Source: Myxococcota bacterium (GTDB lineage Bacteria > Myxococcota_A > Polyangia > Nannocystales > Nannocystaceae). Taken from it: a stretch of 64,000 bases of DNA. This document shows, piece after piece, positions 1 through 12,859 of the stretch. The DNA is taken from assembly GCA_039028615.1 (NCBI GenBank), contig JBCCHT010000018.1, forward strand, positions 1 through 64,000, given 5' to 3'. The position numbers were made by a program, and so were the translations under genes. Each line of letters begins with the position of its first letter. Positions within the stretch are counted from its first letter, which is position 1. The notes beneath the pieces are model-generated. The model made no database searches, was not told the origin of the DNA, and worked only from the letters and a program-made list of their open reading frames with translations.

Positions 1-229
1 AACAAGGTCATCTCTGGACCGGGCAGGACCCCGAGCCGACCTTCGACCGGGAGACCGAGTGCGGGGAGGGCTAAAGCGAAGCCGCGTAGGATGGAGGGGG
101 CCCGGTCGCGCGGAGGCGGCCCCCACCAGCCGTCGCGAAACACCCAGCTGCAACGGCCGCCGAGCACGTCCGGGGAGGGTTCCATCCGTTAAACAGGCGA
201 GCCCTCCGCTCGAGAACTTCACCACCGCG
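1..229 (+). repeat. Non-coding repeat family, copy R1 (may be truncated by the window edge)
   Basis: About 90% identical by eye to 236-465 (period 235 bp). Shares cores CCGCGTAG, CCCGGTCGCGCGGAGG and GAGCACGTCCGGGG with copies at 62359-62540 and 63819-64000. Confidence 0.9.
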
Positions 230-235
230 ACGTGA

Positions 236-465
236 AACAAGGTCACCTCTGGACCGGGCAGGACCCCGAGCCAACTTTCGAACGGGAGACCGAGCCGCGG
301 GGAGGGCTGAAGCGAAGCCGCGTAGGATGGAGGGGGCCCGGTCGCGCGGAGGCGGCCGCCTACAGCCTTCGAGAAACACCCAGGTGCCACGGCCGCCGAG
401 CACGTCCGGGGAGGGTTCCATCCGTTAAACAGGCGAGCCCTCCGCTCGAAAAATTCACCACCGCA
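236..465 (+). repeat. Non-coding repeat family, copy R2 (tandem with R1)
   Basis: Direct repeat of 1-229 beginning AACAAGGTCA, with substitutions and one extra base. Confidence 0.9.
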
Positions 466-552
466 ACTCCAAGCACCACGCCCTACTCAAACAACAACCG
501 CCCCCAACAAACGCCCAAGCAGACCACAGACGAAGAGCCAAGCCAACCACGC

Positions 553-592
553 AAAAAGCCCGGGCACTTCCGCCAAAGACGAAGCCCCGGGC
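553..592 (-). terminator. Intrinsic terminator after gyrB
   Basis: Minus-strand GC hairpin GCCCGGGGCTTCGTC-TTT-GGCGGAAGTGCCCGGGC followed by TTTTT, about 20 nt after the gyrB stop. Confidence 0.75.
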
Positions 593-611
593 CCTCCTCA
601 CCCCCAACGCA

Positions 612-3206
<2,595 letters not shown>

Positions 3207-3252
3207 TCACGATCTTCGAGGATGGCTCCGAGCGGTGTCGCCGACCCCGGAC

Positions 3253-4449
3253 TCAGGCCTCGGACGGAGGCTCGGGGGAGGCCTGATCGTCGGCCTGTAC
3301 GGTGCCTCGATCGACCCGAAAATGGCGGGAGGCGACATCGGCCGGGAGGTCGATATACCGGGGCGAAGTGGTCGTGAGCAGGCACTGACCCGTATGTGCC
3401 GCAAGTGTCCGAAACAACAGCGCGGTGCGTCTCGGATCCAGCTCGGAGCTGACGTCGTCGAGCAGCAAAACGGGGGGGGTCTGGTCGCGGTCGCGGGCGG
3501 ACTGGACCTCGGCGAGCTTGAAGGCCAGCACCAGGGCCCGAGATTGGCCCTGAGAGGCGAAGTCTCCCGCCGGCTGCCCATCCAGCTCCACCACTAGGTC
3601 GTCGCGGTGAGGACCCATGCTGGTGCCTCCACGGCGCTCGTCGAGCGGGCGCCGCTCGGCGAGCGCCTCACGGAGCACGGACTCGCGCTCGGCCTCGTCG
3701 ACCTCGCCCAGCCGGGCCTGGTAGCGCAGCGACGCCCGGGCCGCGGCAGCATCGCCGGCGTCGGGCTGCTCGCCGAGTTCCCCGTGGATCGCCGCAAACG
3801 CGCTGGTGAAGCGCTCTTGCAGGGAATCGAGCAGGTCGAGCCGCCGCGTCCAGACCCGGGCCCCGCACTCGGCCAGCCCCGCCTCGTAGGTGGACAGCAG
3901 GTGCTCCCGCTCGGCCTTGGGCAGCTCGTCGACCTGGCGCAGCACGCGGTTGCGGGAGCGCAGGAGCTTTTCGTAGGCCTGAATGTCGGTGATGTGGGCC
4001 CGGTCACGGGCGAAGAGCACCCGGTCCATGAATTGCCGACGCCCGGTCGGTGAACCCCTCAACACGCCCAGGTCCTCGGGGGTGAACAGCACCGCCCGGA
4101 TGCGCCCGTAGAACTTCGAGCCCGAGCGCACGACCTTGCCGTCGGCGCTGGCCGTGCGGCGGGTCGATTGCCCGCGCCGCTCCAGCCTCACCTCGAGGGT
4201 GGTGCGAATGCCGAGCGTGTCGTCGAAGGCCTCGACCCCGACCCGGGCGCCGGGGGTGTCGTGGCGGACCAAGACCCCCTGGTCGCTGCTTCGAAACGAG
4301 CGCAGCGTGCTGACGAGGTACAGCGCCTCGAGGATGTTGGTCTTGCCCGCGCCGTTGTGACCCCACAGCACGGTGAAGCCCGGGCCGAGCTCGAGCCGAG
4401 CTTCGGCCAGGTTGCGATAGTCGCGAAGCTCGATCGCCTGGAGCTGCAC
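3253..4449 (-). CDS. recF: DNA replication/repair protein RecF
   Basis: GHNGAGKTNILEA Walker A, GPHRDDL, SQGQSR, LLLDDVSSELD; synteny dnaN-recF-gyrB. Confidence 0.97.
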   Translation of the reverse strand: MQLQAIELRDYRNLAEARLELGPGFTVLWGHNGAGKTNILEALYLVSTLRSFRSSDQGVLVRHDTPGARVGVEAFDDTLGIRTTLEVRLERRGQSTRRTASADGKVVRSGSKFYGRIRAVLFTPEDLGVLRGSPTGRRQFMDRVLFARDRAHITDIQAYEKLLRSRNRVLRQVDELPKAEREHLLSTYEAGLAECGARVWTRRLDLLDSLQERFTSAFAAIHGELGEQPDAGDAAAARASLRYQARLGEVDEAERESVLREALAERRPLDERRGGTSMGPHRDDLVVELDGQPAGDFASQGQSRALVLAFKLAEVQSARDRDQTPPVLLLDDVSSELDPRRTALLFRTLAAHTGQCLLTTTSPRYIDLPADVASRHFRVDRGTVQADDQASPEPPSEA

Positions 4450-4456
4450 GCGTTCT

Positions 4457-5578
4457 TCAGATCCGCATGGGCATGACCACGCCGAGGAAGTCGGTCTCGT
4501 CGGCGGGCTTGATCACGCAGGGATCGAGTTCCTTTTGGAACTGGAGCTTCACGTCTTCGCCGTCCATCACCTCGAGCGCGTGCATGAGGTAACGAGCGTT
4601 GAAGCCGGCCTCGAGCGGCTCGCCCTCGAGCTCGACGCTGAGCTCCTGGTGGGCGACACCGAGGTCGGGGTTGTCGGCGGTCAGCTCGAGCGTGCCCTCG
4701 GAGAGCCGAAGCCGGACGGTGGCCGTCTTCTCCGGGGCCATGACCTCGGCGCGACGCAGCGCGCCGACCAGCTCGGCTCGACCCACGGTGACCTCGCGCT
4801 TGTGCCCCGCGGGGATGACCTGCTGGTAGGGCGGGAACTTGACGTTGTTGAGCTTGACCGACAGCAGCAGCGCCCCTGCGCGCAAGAACAGGTGCTGATC
4901 GCCCACGCCGACTTCGACCTCACCGGGGATCCGGTCGAGCACGCGACGAATCTCCACCATGCCCTTGCGGGGGATGATGATGCCCTTGTCGAGGGTCAGG
5001 CCCTCCATGGGGCGCGAGTACTTGGTGAGCCGATGGCCATCGGTGGAGACCATCGTGGCGGTGGTGCCGTCGCTCTCGAGCAGCACGCCGTTGAGGTTGA
5101 CCCGCGCCTCGTCGGTGGAGACCGAGAACTCGGTCTTGTTGATCAGGTCGGAGAGGATGTGCCCGGTGATGGTCGCGAACTCGACCGGCTTTTTGCCCTT
5201 GCCCGAGGTCTTGGGATCGGGAAGCTCGGGGAAGTCGCCCTCCGGCATGCCCATGAGCTTGAACTCGCTCTTGCGCGCGGTGATCTGCGCCCAGTGATTC
5301 TCGAGACCCTTGAAGCCGAGGTCTCCGCTGGGGAGCGTCTTGACCACCCCGTGCAGATGCCGGACGCCCACGGTGAGGCTGCCCGAGTTCTTCACCTCGG
5401 CGGGGATGGTCTCGGTCAGCGAGATCATCATGTCGGTGGCCGAGCAAACCACGCTGTCTTCGCCACTCGCTCGCAGCAAGACGTTGGCGAGCACGGGCAT
5501 GGTGCTGCGCTTGTCGGCGACGGTTTGCGCCAAAGAGAGTGCGGACAGGAATCGGGCCTGATCGATCTCGAATTCCAT
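4457..5578 (-). CDS. dnaN: DNA polymerase III beta sliding clamp
   Basis: STMPVLANVLL, STDGHRL, FPPYQQVIP, GFNARYL, C-terminal VVMPMRI. Start trimmed to ATG 5578 (MEFEIDQ). Confidence 0.97.
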   Translation of the reverse strand: MEFEIDQARFLSALSLAQTVADKRSTMPVLANVLLRASGEDSVVCSATDMMISLTETIPAEVKNSGSLTVGVRHLHGVVKTLPSGDLGFKGLENHWAQITARKSEFKLMGMPEGDFPELPDPKTSGKGKKPVEFATITGHILSDLINKTEFSVSTDEARVNLNGVLLESDGTTATMVSTDGHRLTKYSRPMEGLTLDKGIIIPRKGMVEIRRVLDRIPGEVEVGVGDQHLFLRAGALLLSVKLNNVKFPPYQQVIPAGHKREVTVGRAELVGALRRAEVMAPEKTATVRLRLSEGTLELTADNPDLGVAHQELSVELEGEPLEAGFNARYLMHALEVMDGEDVKLQFQKELDPCVIKPADETDFLGVVMPMRI

Positions 5579-5689
5579 GAACGTTGGCTTTCCTCGATGA
5601 GAGGGCAGGTCAGCTGCGGGTGCAGGAGGCAAGTGAAGCGCGAAGCGTCGGGCTGGGTCCAGACCAAGCTTGGCCAAGGTCGCGGACAG

Positions 5690-5945
5690 ACACTTAACCC
5701 TTAGTTAAAATTAATAAAGTCCTCGTCTTGATCTGCTCTGTGGAGATGTGGCGTACTGCCTGGTCCTGCGCCCCAAGTTTATGATTTTATGCCGAAATCG
5801 GGAACCCGCAGCCTGGGGATAGCGGGGGGGATCGATCTGTGGACAGCAGGGGAGAACCGGTGGCGGCGGGGGATCCCCAGAATGCTCCCCGGGTTGCTCC
5901 CAGGGATATCCACCGCTCATCCACAGGATCGTGTCTCCACGACCG
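5690..5945. other. Putative chromosomal origin (oriC) in the dnaA-dnaN spacer
   Basis: AT-rich tract TTAGTTAAAATTAATAAAG at 5701-5719 in a very GC-rich genome. Degenerate DnaA boxes at 5739-5747, 5814-5822, 5838-5846, 5906-5914 and 5917-5925 (TCATCCACA). Confidence 0.7.
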
Positions 5946-6052
5946 GTTGCTCGACCCGGCAGCACGAAGATGCACGCCGGCTCGAGGGGAAATTTCTGAG
6001 GGTGGATGGGTTCGGCCCGGCCCAAAAAAGAGACGGGGGAGGGGGGCGAGGT

Positions 6053-7438
6053 TCAGGAGCGACGGGCTCGAACCAGCTGAGTGCGAAGCGTCGAGATGGT
6101 GGCGCGCAGCTCGGGGTCATCCTCTTGGATGGCGGTCATTCGCTTGCACGCGTTGATGACGGTCGAGTGGTCTTTGCCGCCGAAGCGAAGCCCGATCTCG
6201 GGGAAGCTGGCCCCGGTGAGCTCGCGGCTGAGGTACATGGCGATCATGCGGGGGCGAGCGATGCCCTTGTGGCGGCGCGGGCCCTTGAGGTCGGAGATGC
6301 GCACCGAGAAGTACTGGGCCACCGTCTTTTGGATGGCCTCGACGGTGAGCGGCGCCCCGCGGTGCTGAGGCTCGGCCGATTCGCCGAGGACCTCGCGGAC
6401 GAAGGCTTCGGTGATCGGCTTGCCCTTGAGCGCGGCGAAGGTCGACACGCGGACCAGGGCGCCCTCGAGCTCGCGGACGTTGGACCGCACCAGGCTGGCC
6501 AAGTACACGCAGACGTCGTCGGGGATGCCAATTCCGTCTTGTTCGGCCTTCTGGCGCAAGATGGCGACGCGGGTCTCGAGGTCGGGCGCCTTGACGTCGG
6601 CGACGAGGCCCCAGTTGAGACGCGAGGTGAGCCGCTCCTCCATGCCCTGCATTTCGCTGGGCGTGCGGTCGGCCGTCACCATGATCTGCTTGCCCGCCTC
6701 GTACAGCGCGTTGAACACATGGAAGAACTCATCCATGGTCCGGTCGCGCCCGGAGATGAACTGGATGTCGTCGATGAGCAGGACGTCGCAGTCTTCTCGG
6801 TAGCGCTTGCGGAAGTCGTCGAACTGGTTATAGCGGACCGCCGAGATGAACTCGTTCATGAAGCGTTCCGCGCTCAGATAGACGATGCGCTTTTCGGGGT
6901 GCGTGCGGTGGATCGAGTGACCGACCGCGTGCAGCAGGTGGGTCTTGCCCAGCCCGACGCCCCCGTACAAAAGCAGGGGGTTGAATCGATGGCCGGGCTC
7001 CTCGGCGACCGCGGCGGCGGCCGACGATGCGAGCTCGTTGCTCGCCCCGGTGATGAAGGTGTCGAAGCGGTAGCGCTCGGCCAGGCCCATCGGGGGTGGG
7101 GCGCTCCGCGTCGTTGCCGCGGGAGTCGGCGCGGGGGCGTGGGGGGAAGGGGTGTCGGAGGAGGTCGAGGGCTCGGCGTCGGTCGAGCGGGTCGTCGCAT
7201 CAGGCGCCACCTCGAGCTCGATGACCGGGAGGATGCGTCCCTGGCTCTGCATCTCCTCAAGGACGGCGGCCTTGTAGTGGTTCTCGAACCACTCCTTCAT
7301 GAACTGGCTGGGCGCGCGAAGCCGCACCAACGTCTCCTCCGCCTCGAGCAGTTCGAGGGGTCGAAGCCAAAGGTCGAAAGTCTCGGCCCCTAGACGGGGT
7401 TGCAGGCCGCGCAGCGCCTCGGTCCAGATGTTCGTCAT
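6053..7438 (-). CDS. dnaA: Chromosomal replication initiator DnaA
   Basis: FNPLLLYGGVGLGKTHLLHA, LLIDDIQF, SNVRELEGAL, FGGKDHSTVI. Start trimmed to ATG 7438 (MTNIW). Confidence 0.98.
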   Translation of the reverse strand: MTNIWTEALRGLQPRLGAETFDLWLRPLELLEAEETLVRLRAPSQFMKEWFENHYKAAVLEEMQSQGRILPVIELEVAPDATTRSTDAEPSTSSDTPSPHAPAPTPAATTRSAPPPMGLAERYRFDTFITGASNELASSAAAAVAEEPGHRFNPLLLYGGVGLGKTHLLHAVGHSIHRTHPEKRIVYLSAERFMNEFISAVRYNQFDDFRKRYREDCDVLLIDDIQFISGRDRTMDEFFHVFNALYEAGKQIMVTADRTPSEMQGMEERLTSRLNWGLVADVKAPDLETRVAILRQKAEQDGIGIPDDVCVYLASLVRSNVRELEGALVRVSTFAALKGKPITEAFVREVLGESAEPQHRGAPLTVEAIQKTVAQYFSVRISDLKGPRRHKGIARPRMIAMYLSRELTGASFPEIGLRFGGKDHSTVINACKRMTAIQEDDPELRATISTLRTQLVRARRS

Positions 7439-7445
7439 AAACCTC

Positions 7446-7533
7446 GCATCCACAGGTGAGCCAACCTGTGGAGAAATGGGGAACGCGTTGAAAAAACACG
7501 CATTTTGCTGGGGGCAAAATGCCCCTATCCACA
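7446..7533. promoter_or_regulatory. DnaA boxes upstream of dnaA (autoregulation or second half of a bipartite origin)
   Basis: GCATCCACA 7446-7454, TGTGGAGAA 7467-7475, CTATCCACA 7525-7533; 1-2 mismatches to TTATCCACA. Confidence 0.65.
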
Positions 7534-8188
7534 GGCTGTTCGAGTTGCTCAGCCTATGAGCAGTAGGGACCCGGACGGGGGTCACGAAGCGTGTTTTTCG
7601 GGATGGCCGACGGCGCGAACGACAGTGCCGCGGCCAAGGGAGAAGGCTTCTACTCGGGGACTTTCGAGATCTCAAGCACGCTGCTCCCGCACGATCGCAA
7701 TCGAGCGAAATCACTGCGCTTTTTGATCGAAGTGCGCGGGCGGAACCGAAAACGAGATCTTCGGCCCGCGGGCTCGAAGTGCGGATCCGTTGAAGATCAC
7801 TAGCGAATTTTCGCGGCGGATCGAGGCCGTTTCGTACTCGCTCGGTGGCAAGCGACTTTGCGTGCACGAGGGCCCGCAAGTCGGCTTGCCAAGCGGGTTT
7901 GCGGGCGCGGCTTCGATCCAGAATCCGTGTCGATCAATCGCGTGCCAACTGTCCCAGGAATGTAACGACAGAGAACACCGTACGCCGAGTCAAGATGTAG
8001 GGAAATGAGCGTGCAGATGGGTGCGCGGCGGTCTTCTCTGGGGAACTGGCCGGCGGCCACCCCGTGATCGGCGGATCCACACGGTCCCATGGCCGCGGGT
8101 TCGGTCGGCCGGACCGAAAAGAAATTTAGACTCCGCGGTGTCGGCGAGATCTCGTGAGCCCATCGCGATCGCGGCCGAGGAGATCGGT

Positions 8189-8217
8189 TTGACACGGTAC
8201 AAGGCCACTGCTATCGA
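8189..8217 (+). promoter_or_regulatory. Possible sigma70-type promoter for the rpmH operon
   Basis: TTGACA, 17-nt spacer, then a weak -10 (TATCGA preceded by TGc), about 85 nt upstream of rpmH. Confidence 0.4.
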
Positions 8218-8301
8218 TCCGCGCCCGGAACCGGGGCCTAGCCCCCGACCGCACTACAAAGACCCGGCGAACCATCGCCGCTTTGTAAAGGAGCTTCAGT
8301 C

Positions 8302-8451
8302 GTGAAACGGACCTATCAGCCCCACAGCACCCGCCGTAAGCGTACCCATGGATTCCGCGCCCGCATGGCCTCTCGCCACGGTCGCAAGATCCTCTCGGCT
8401 CGTCGCAGGCGCGGACGCAAGCGCCTCACGGTTGGCACCGGATCCAAGTAA
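8302..8451 (+). CDS. rpmH: 50S ribosomal protein L34
   Basis: Not in the ORF track (49 aa). Hand translation from [58 protein letters not shown] Shine-Dalgarno upstream; TAA overlaps the rnpA ATG. Confidence 0.97.
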   Translation: MKRTYQPHSTRRKRTHGFRARMASRHGRKILSARRRRGRKRLTVGTGSK

Positions 8452-8852
8452 TGAAACCAGAAGGATTCCCGCGGCGCCTTCGGCTCCGGCGGCGGCGGGA
8501 ATTCCTTCGTGTTCAGCGTGGCGGTCGTAAGCACCACACGCGTTTCTTTCTCGTGTTCGTCGCGCCCACCAAACGCGACTCGCAGCGCGAGCCGCCCGGC
8601 TCCTCGGAACCCAATGATTTGCCGGGCCCTCGATTGGGCGTCACCGTTACCCGCAAAGTGGGCAAGGCCGTGACGCGCAATCGAATCAAGCGCCTCGTTC
8701 GAGAGGCATTTCGTCGCGAGCGTACTAGGCTCCCCACCGGAATCGACATGGTGTGGGTGGCCAAGCGCGACGCGGCGAACACGACGTTCGAAGCCGTCGT
8801 CGACGATATGCGTGGTTTGGCTTCTCGCTTGGGGAGCAGCAAGAACCGATGA
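8451..8852 (+). CDS. rnpA: Ribonuclease P protein component
   Basis: [28 protein letters not shown] (RNR motif); synteny. Confidence 0.96.
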   Translation: MKPEGFPRRLRLRRRREFLRVQRGGRKHHTRFFLVFVAPTKRDSQREPPGSSEPNDLPGPRLGVTVTRKVGKAVTRNRIKRLVREAFRRERTRLPTGIDMVWVAKRDAANTTFEAVVDDMRGLASRLGSSKNR

Positions 8853-9112
8853 GCATCGTGGGCCGAGCCCTCGTGGGCATGATTCGCCTCTACCAGGTGT
8901 TGATCTCGCCCATGCTCGGACCGCGATGCCGTTTCTATCCGAGCTGTTCCCACTACGCGTGCGACGCTCTGCATCACCATGGCGTGCTGCGGGGTAGTTG
9001 GCTCGCAATGCGGCGTTTGTTGCGCTGCCATCCCTTCCATCCCGGGGGCTTCGATCCCGTGCCCACCGTGCCCACCCGGGACGAGTTGCCCGAAACGAGC
9101 GTCCAGCCGTGA
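8849..9112 (+). CDS. yidD: Membrane protein insertion efficiency factor YidD
   Basis: [41 protein letters not shown] 8849 overlaps the rnpA stop. Confidence 0.96.
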   Translation: MSIVGRALVGMIRLYQVLISPMLGPRCRFYPSCSHYACDALHHHGVLRGSWLAMRRLLRCHPFHPGGFDPVPTVPTRDELPETSVQP

Positions 9113-10764
9113 ACTTCCAGACACGAATCTTCGTGGCCGTAGCCCTCTGCGCCACGATCTTCATCGTCTTCGATTTCCTCAACCCCCGGCCGCCTCTCGA
9201 GGAGACCGAGACCGACGCCGCCGCCCAAGTCGACGAGTCCAAGGACGGTGAGTCCAAGGACGGCAAGTCCAAGGGCGACGACGCGAAGACGTCCGGCGAG
9301 GCTTCCGCTCCCAGCGAGCCCGCGGCCGCGCCCACCGGGCCGAAGATCGAGACCGAGGAGCACGAGCTTCGCAACGACCTGCTCGCGTTGACGGTGACCA
9401 ACCGTTCGCCGGGTCGAGGCGGCGCCGTCTCGGCGGTGCACCTGCTCTCGCCTCAATTCGAAGGTCACGACACCGCGACCGACAGCCTCGGCCTCGAAGG
9501 CAAGCGCACCCTCGAGATCAGCCTGAGCGATGACGACGGCAACCTCCTCGTGCCCCGCGGTGCCGCGTACGAAGTTCGCGAGACCGCGGACGACCACATC
9601 ACCCTCGCCTACGTCGGCGAGCAGATCGAGGTCGTCCAGACGCTGACCTTGCTCGAAGGCTACGAGGCCAAGGTCCAGGTCGACGTCCACAACCGCGGCA
9701 CGGACTCCCTCGCCGAGCGCGTGCACGTGCGCACCCGCATCGGCGACAGCGACTCTCGCTACGACATCCGCCGCGGCATCTGCCGCACCTCCGACGACAT
9801 CGAGGACGAGGACAAGTCCGACGTCGAGGACGGACCGATCCGGTACGGGGGCGGGATCGATTGGGCCGGGGTCGATGGCAAGTACTTCACGATGCTCGTC
9901 GTCCCGAGCGAGCGAGCCCAGGACTGCGAAATCTCGCAGACCGACGACGAACTCGGGGTCGAGGGTCGCGTCAGCACGGCGGCCGAGACCGTCGAGCCGG
10001 GCCGTGCGAGCACACACGTGTTCGGGCTGTACATCGGGCCCAAGGAGCTCGAGCGCCTCAAGACCTTCTCCGCGGTCGACGCATCGATCGAGCTGGAAGA
10101 GGCCATCGACTGGGGCTTCTTCGGCGGTCTGTCCGAGTGGCTGGGCAAGCTGCTGCTCGGCCTGCTCCGCTGGTTCCACGGGTTGGTCGCCAACTGGGGC
10201 TGGTCGATCGTCTTGCTCACCGTCGTGGTGAAGGGCGCAACCCTTCCGCTGACGCTCAAGCAGATGAGCTCGATGAAGCGGATGAAGGAGATCCAGCCCG
10301 AGATGGCCAAGATCAAGGAGAAGTACGCCGACGACCGGGCAAAACAAGGCCAGGAGATGCAGGCGCTCTTCTCCCGCTCGGGGGTCAACCCGCTGGCGGG
10401 CTGCTTCCCCATGCTGGTGCAGCTGCCGATCTGGTTTGCCCTCTACAGCATGCTGGGCGCCGCGGTGGAGCTGGTCCACGAGCCGTTCCTGTGGCTGCCG
10501 GACCTCACGGAGCAGGATCCCTTCTATATTCTGCCCCTTGCGCTGGGCGCGCTGATGATTCTGCAGCAGCAGATGATGCCCAGCACCATGGATGCGGCTC
10601 AGGCCAAGCTCATGCGCTGGGTCATGCCCATCATGTTCACCGTCTTCATGTTGTTTTTGCCATCCGGTCTGGGGGTCTATATCTTCGCGAATATCGTCCT
10701 GTCGTTGATCCAGACGATGATCCAGATGAGGACGAAAACCGAGACGCAAGAAGCGGCCACCTGA
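9109..10764 (+). CDS. yidC: Membrane protein insertase YidC
   Basis: N-terminal TM, periplasmic domain, [39 protein letters not shown]. Start GTG 9109. Confidence 0.96.
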   Translation: MNFQTRIFVAVALCATIFIVFDFLNPRPPLEETETDAAAQVDESKDGESKDGKSKGDDAKTSGEASAPSEPAAAPTGPKIETEEHELRNDLLALTVTNRSPGRGGAVSAVHLLSPQFEGHDTATDSLGLEGKRTLEISLSDDDGNLLVPRGAAYEVRETADDHITLAYVGEQIEVVQTLTLLEGYEAKVQVDVHNRGTDSLAERVHVRTRIGDSDSRYDIRRGICRTSDDIEDEDKSDVEDGPIRYGGGIDWAGVDGKYFTMLVVPSERAQDCEISQTDDELGVEGRVSTAAETVEPGRASTHVFGLYIGPKELERLKTFSAVDASIELEEAIDWGFFGGLSEWLGKLLLGLLRWFHGLVANWGWSIVLLTVVVKGATLPLTLKQMSSMKRMKEIQPEMAKIKEKYADDRAKQGQEMQALFSRSGVNPLAGCFPMLVQLPIWFALYSMLGAAVELVHEPFLWLPDLTEQDPFYILPLALGALMILQQQMMPSTMDAAQAKLMRWVMPIMFTVFMLFLPSGLGVYIFANIVLSLIQTMIQMRTKTETQEAAT

Positions 10765-10801
10765 ACGCGGTGGCCATCAGGCGACGAAGGACGAGCGACG
10801 C

Positions 10802-11332
10802 ATGACGGATGAGGGCAAGGACAGCGACGGAAAAAACGAGGACGCGGGCGAGCAGTCCGCGGAGGAGCGTTACGGCGAGGCGGTGCCCGTCGTCCGAACC
10901 TTCCTCGAGACCGTGTTGGGCTTGTTGGGAGTCGACGTCGAGGTCGACATCGACATCGAAGAGGACGGGTTGCACTGCGACCTCAACTGTTCGCCCGATG
11001 ATGGCGGCCTGCTGATCGGTCGGCACGGCGCCACGCTCGACGCTCTTCAGTACCTGACGCTGCGCGTGCTCCAGGCCGAGGGCCACCCGCGGATGCGGAT
11101 CACCCTCGACGTCGCCGGCTACCGCACGCGTCGCGAGAAGACCCTGCGGCAGCTCGCGCAGAGCGTCGGCTCCAAGGTGCTCGACAACCGTCGGCCTTAT
11201 CATTTCGAGCCGATGAGCGCGATGGAGCGCCGCGTCGTGCACATGACCATCGCCGACATGGACGGGCTCGCCACCGAGTCCGAGGGCGAGGGTCGCCGCC
11301 GACACGTGGTGGTGTTCCCCGACCGTCGATAG
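10802..11332 (+). CDS. jag: Jag/KhpB RNA-binding protein (KH + R3H)
   Basis: LLIGRHGATLDALQYL (KH), PMSAMERRVVH (R3H), TESEGEG; synteny after yidC. Confidence 0.92.
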   Translation: MTDEGKDSDGKNEDAGEQSAEERYGEAVPVVRTFLETVLGLLGVDVEVDIDIEEDGLHCDLNCSPDDGGLLIGRHGATLDALQYLTLRVLQAEGHPRMRITLDVAGYRTRREKTLRQLAQSVGSKVLDNRRPYHFEPMSAMERRVVHMTIADMDGLATESEGEGRRRHVVVFPDRR

Positions 11333-11364
11333 ACGACCGGGACGCCTCCGCGGAGGTCGAAACA

Positions 11365-11403
11365 AAGCGGGTGTCGCAGGGTGCGGCGCCCGTTTTTCGT
11401 TTC
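11365..11403 (+). terminator. Intrinsic terminator after jag
   Basis: Hairpin GCGGGTGTCGCA-GGG-TGCGGCGCCCGT followed by TTTTCGTTT. Confidence 0.65.
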
Positions 11404-11465
11404 GAACGCTCGTGGTGCGGGCCCAGGCCCTTTGTTGCCGCGAGGGTTCGAGGTAGGGAAGGAGC

Positions 11466-12785
11466 ATGGAGCGGGCAACGTTGGTCGGCGTGGCGACCGG
11501 GACCCCCGATGGCGGGGTGGCGGTGGTGCGACTCAGTGGCCCGCGAGCGGTGGCCATCGTCGAGGGCGTGGTGGGCTCGCTGCCCGAACCCCGACGACTG
11601 GCGCGACGAAAGATCGAGCTGGGCGCGGGTCGGCACGACGACGGCCTGGTGGTGCTGATGCCGGGGCCGCACTCCTTTACCGGGGAGGACGTGGTCGAGC
11701 TGCACGTGCACGCGGGCGAGCGCAATGTGCAGGCGGTGGTGCGGGTGCTGGTCGACGGCGGGGCCCGAGCGGCGGGGCGCGGGGACTTCTCGCGGCGGGC
11801 CTTTGAGCTGGGGCGGCTCGGCCTCGACGAAGCGGAAGGCATCGCGGCGATCATCGGAGCGCAGACCGATGCGGCGCTCGATCAGGCGCGACGACTGGCC
11901 AGCGGCGAGCTCGGGGTGCAGGTCGGCACGCTGCGAGAAGGTTTGGTGCAGCTGCGGGCGGAGATCGAGGCGAACCTCGACTTTCCCGAAGACGTCGATC
12001 CGGGTGATGTCCAGCGGTGGCGCGAGGAAGCGACGACGAGTCGAGGCGCGGTGCAGGGTTGGCTCGCGCGCTTCGAAGCGGGGCGACGGGCGCGAGCGCG
12101 GGCGCGGGTGGTGCTGGCCGGGCCGCCCAACGCGGGCAAGAGCTCGCTGTTCAATGCGTTGCTTGGGCGCTCGCGGGCGCTGGTCTCCGAGACCCCGGGC
12201 ACGACCCGCGACTATGTGGAGGCGGACTTCGACCTCGGGCGCTACGGCTGCGTGCTCGTCGACACCGCGGGGCTACGCGAAGGCGCCGAGGCGGTGGAAC
12301 GAGCCGGGGTCGCGCTGAGTCGGGAGCAGGTCGACGGGGCCGACGTGGTGTTGTGGGTCGAGGCGGCCGATGTCGGGGAGGCCGAAGCCCCCGCCCTCGA
12401 CGATCGGGTCGCGACCGTGATGCGGGTGGAGAGCAAGCGAGACCGAGGATGCCGTCGACCGGAGTGGATCGGGGTATCGGTCGATCCCGATGCGGGCGGC
12501 GGCGACCTCGAGGCGTTGCGCGGCGCGTTGCTCGAGTGGTTCGCGGCCGGGCACGACCAGGCGTGGATCGGTCTGCTGCGTCATCGCGAGCGGGCGTCCG
12601 AAGCGGTGGAGGCGATGGACGAGGCGCTCGGGCTGTTGCAGGACGACGAGACGCTCGAGCTGGCCGCGTTTGCGTTGGGCGTGGCGTCGTCGCGGCTGGG
12701 AGAGATCACCGGGCGCAGTGAGCTCGGGGCGATGGGGGAAGAAGTGCTCGCGGCGATCTTCGCCCGCTTCTGCATCGGCAAGTAG
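11466..12785 (+). CDS. mnmE: tRNA modification GTPase MnmE/TrmE
   Basis: PHSFTGEDVVELHVH, GPPNAGKSSLFNAL, PGTTRD, DTAGLR, C-terminal FCIGK. Confidence 0.96.
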   Translation: MERATLVGVATGTPDGGVAVVRLSGPRAVAIVEGVVGSLPEPRRLARRKIELGAGRHDDGLVVLMPGPHSFTGEDVVELHVHAGERNVQAVVRVLVDGGARAAGRGDFSRRAFELGRLGLDEAEGIAAIIGAQTDAALDQARRLASGELGVQVGTLREGLVQLRAEIEANLDFPEDVDPGDVQRWREEATTSRGAVQGWLARFEAGRRARARARVVLAGPPNAGKSSLFNALLGRSRALVSETPGTTRDYVEADFDLGRYGCVLVDTAGLREGAEAVERAGVALSREQVDGADVVLWVEAADVGEAEAPALDDRVATVMRVESKRDRGCRRPEWIGVSVDPDAGGGDLEALRGALLEWFAAGHDQAWIGLLRHRERASEAVEAMDEALGLLQDDETLELAAFALGVASSRLGEITGRSELGAMGEEVLAAIFARFCIGK

Positions 12786-12859
12786 ATGAGGATGCGGAGG
12801 CGGACGACGATCGGGCGAGCGGTGAGAGGGTTCGTGCGGTCGATGGTCGCGGTCGTGGC

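Noticed and set aside
230..239. ACGTGAAACA parS half-site between R1 and R2
   Set aside because: The left arm does not match (CCGCG), so it is not a palindromic parS.
1..465. CRISPR or integron attC interpretation of the repeats
   Set aside because: Units are ~235 bp with no unique spacers; no cas or integrase gene; no clear attC core-site pair.
7439..7879. 146-aa N-terminal extension of DnaA in the ORF track (similar extensions for dnaN, yidC, tsaD, rsmA, MscS)
   Set aside because: Low-complexity Arg/Pro/Ser sequence overlapping DnaA boxes or neighbouring genes; family-typical starts lie downstream.
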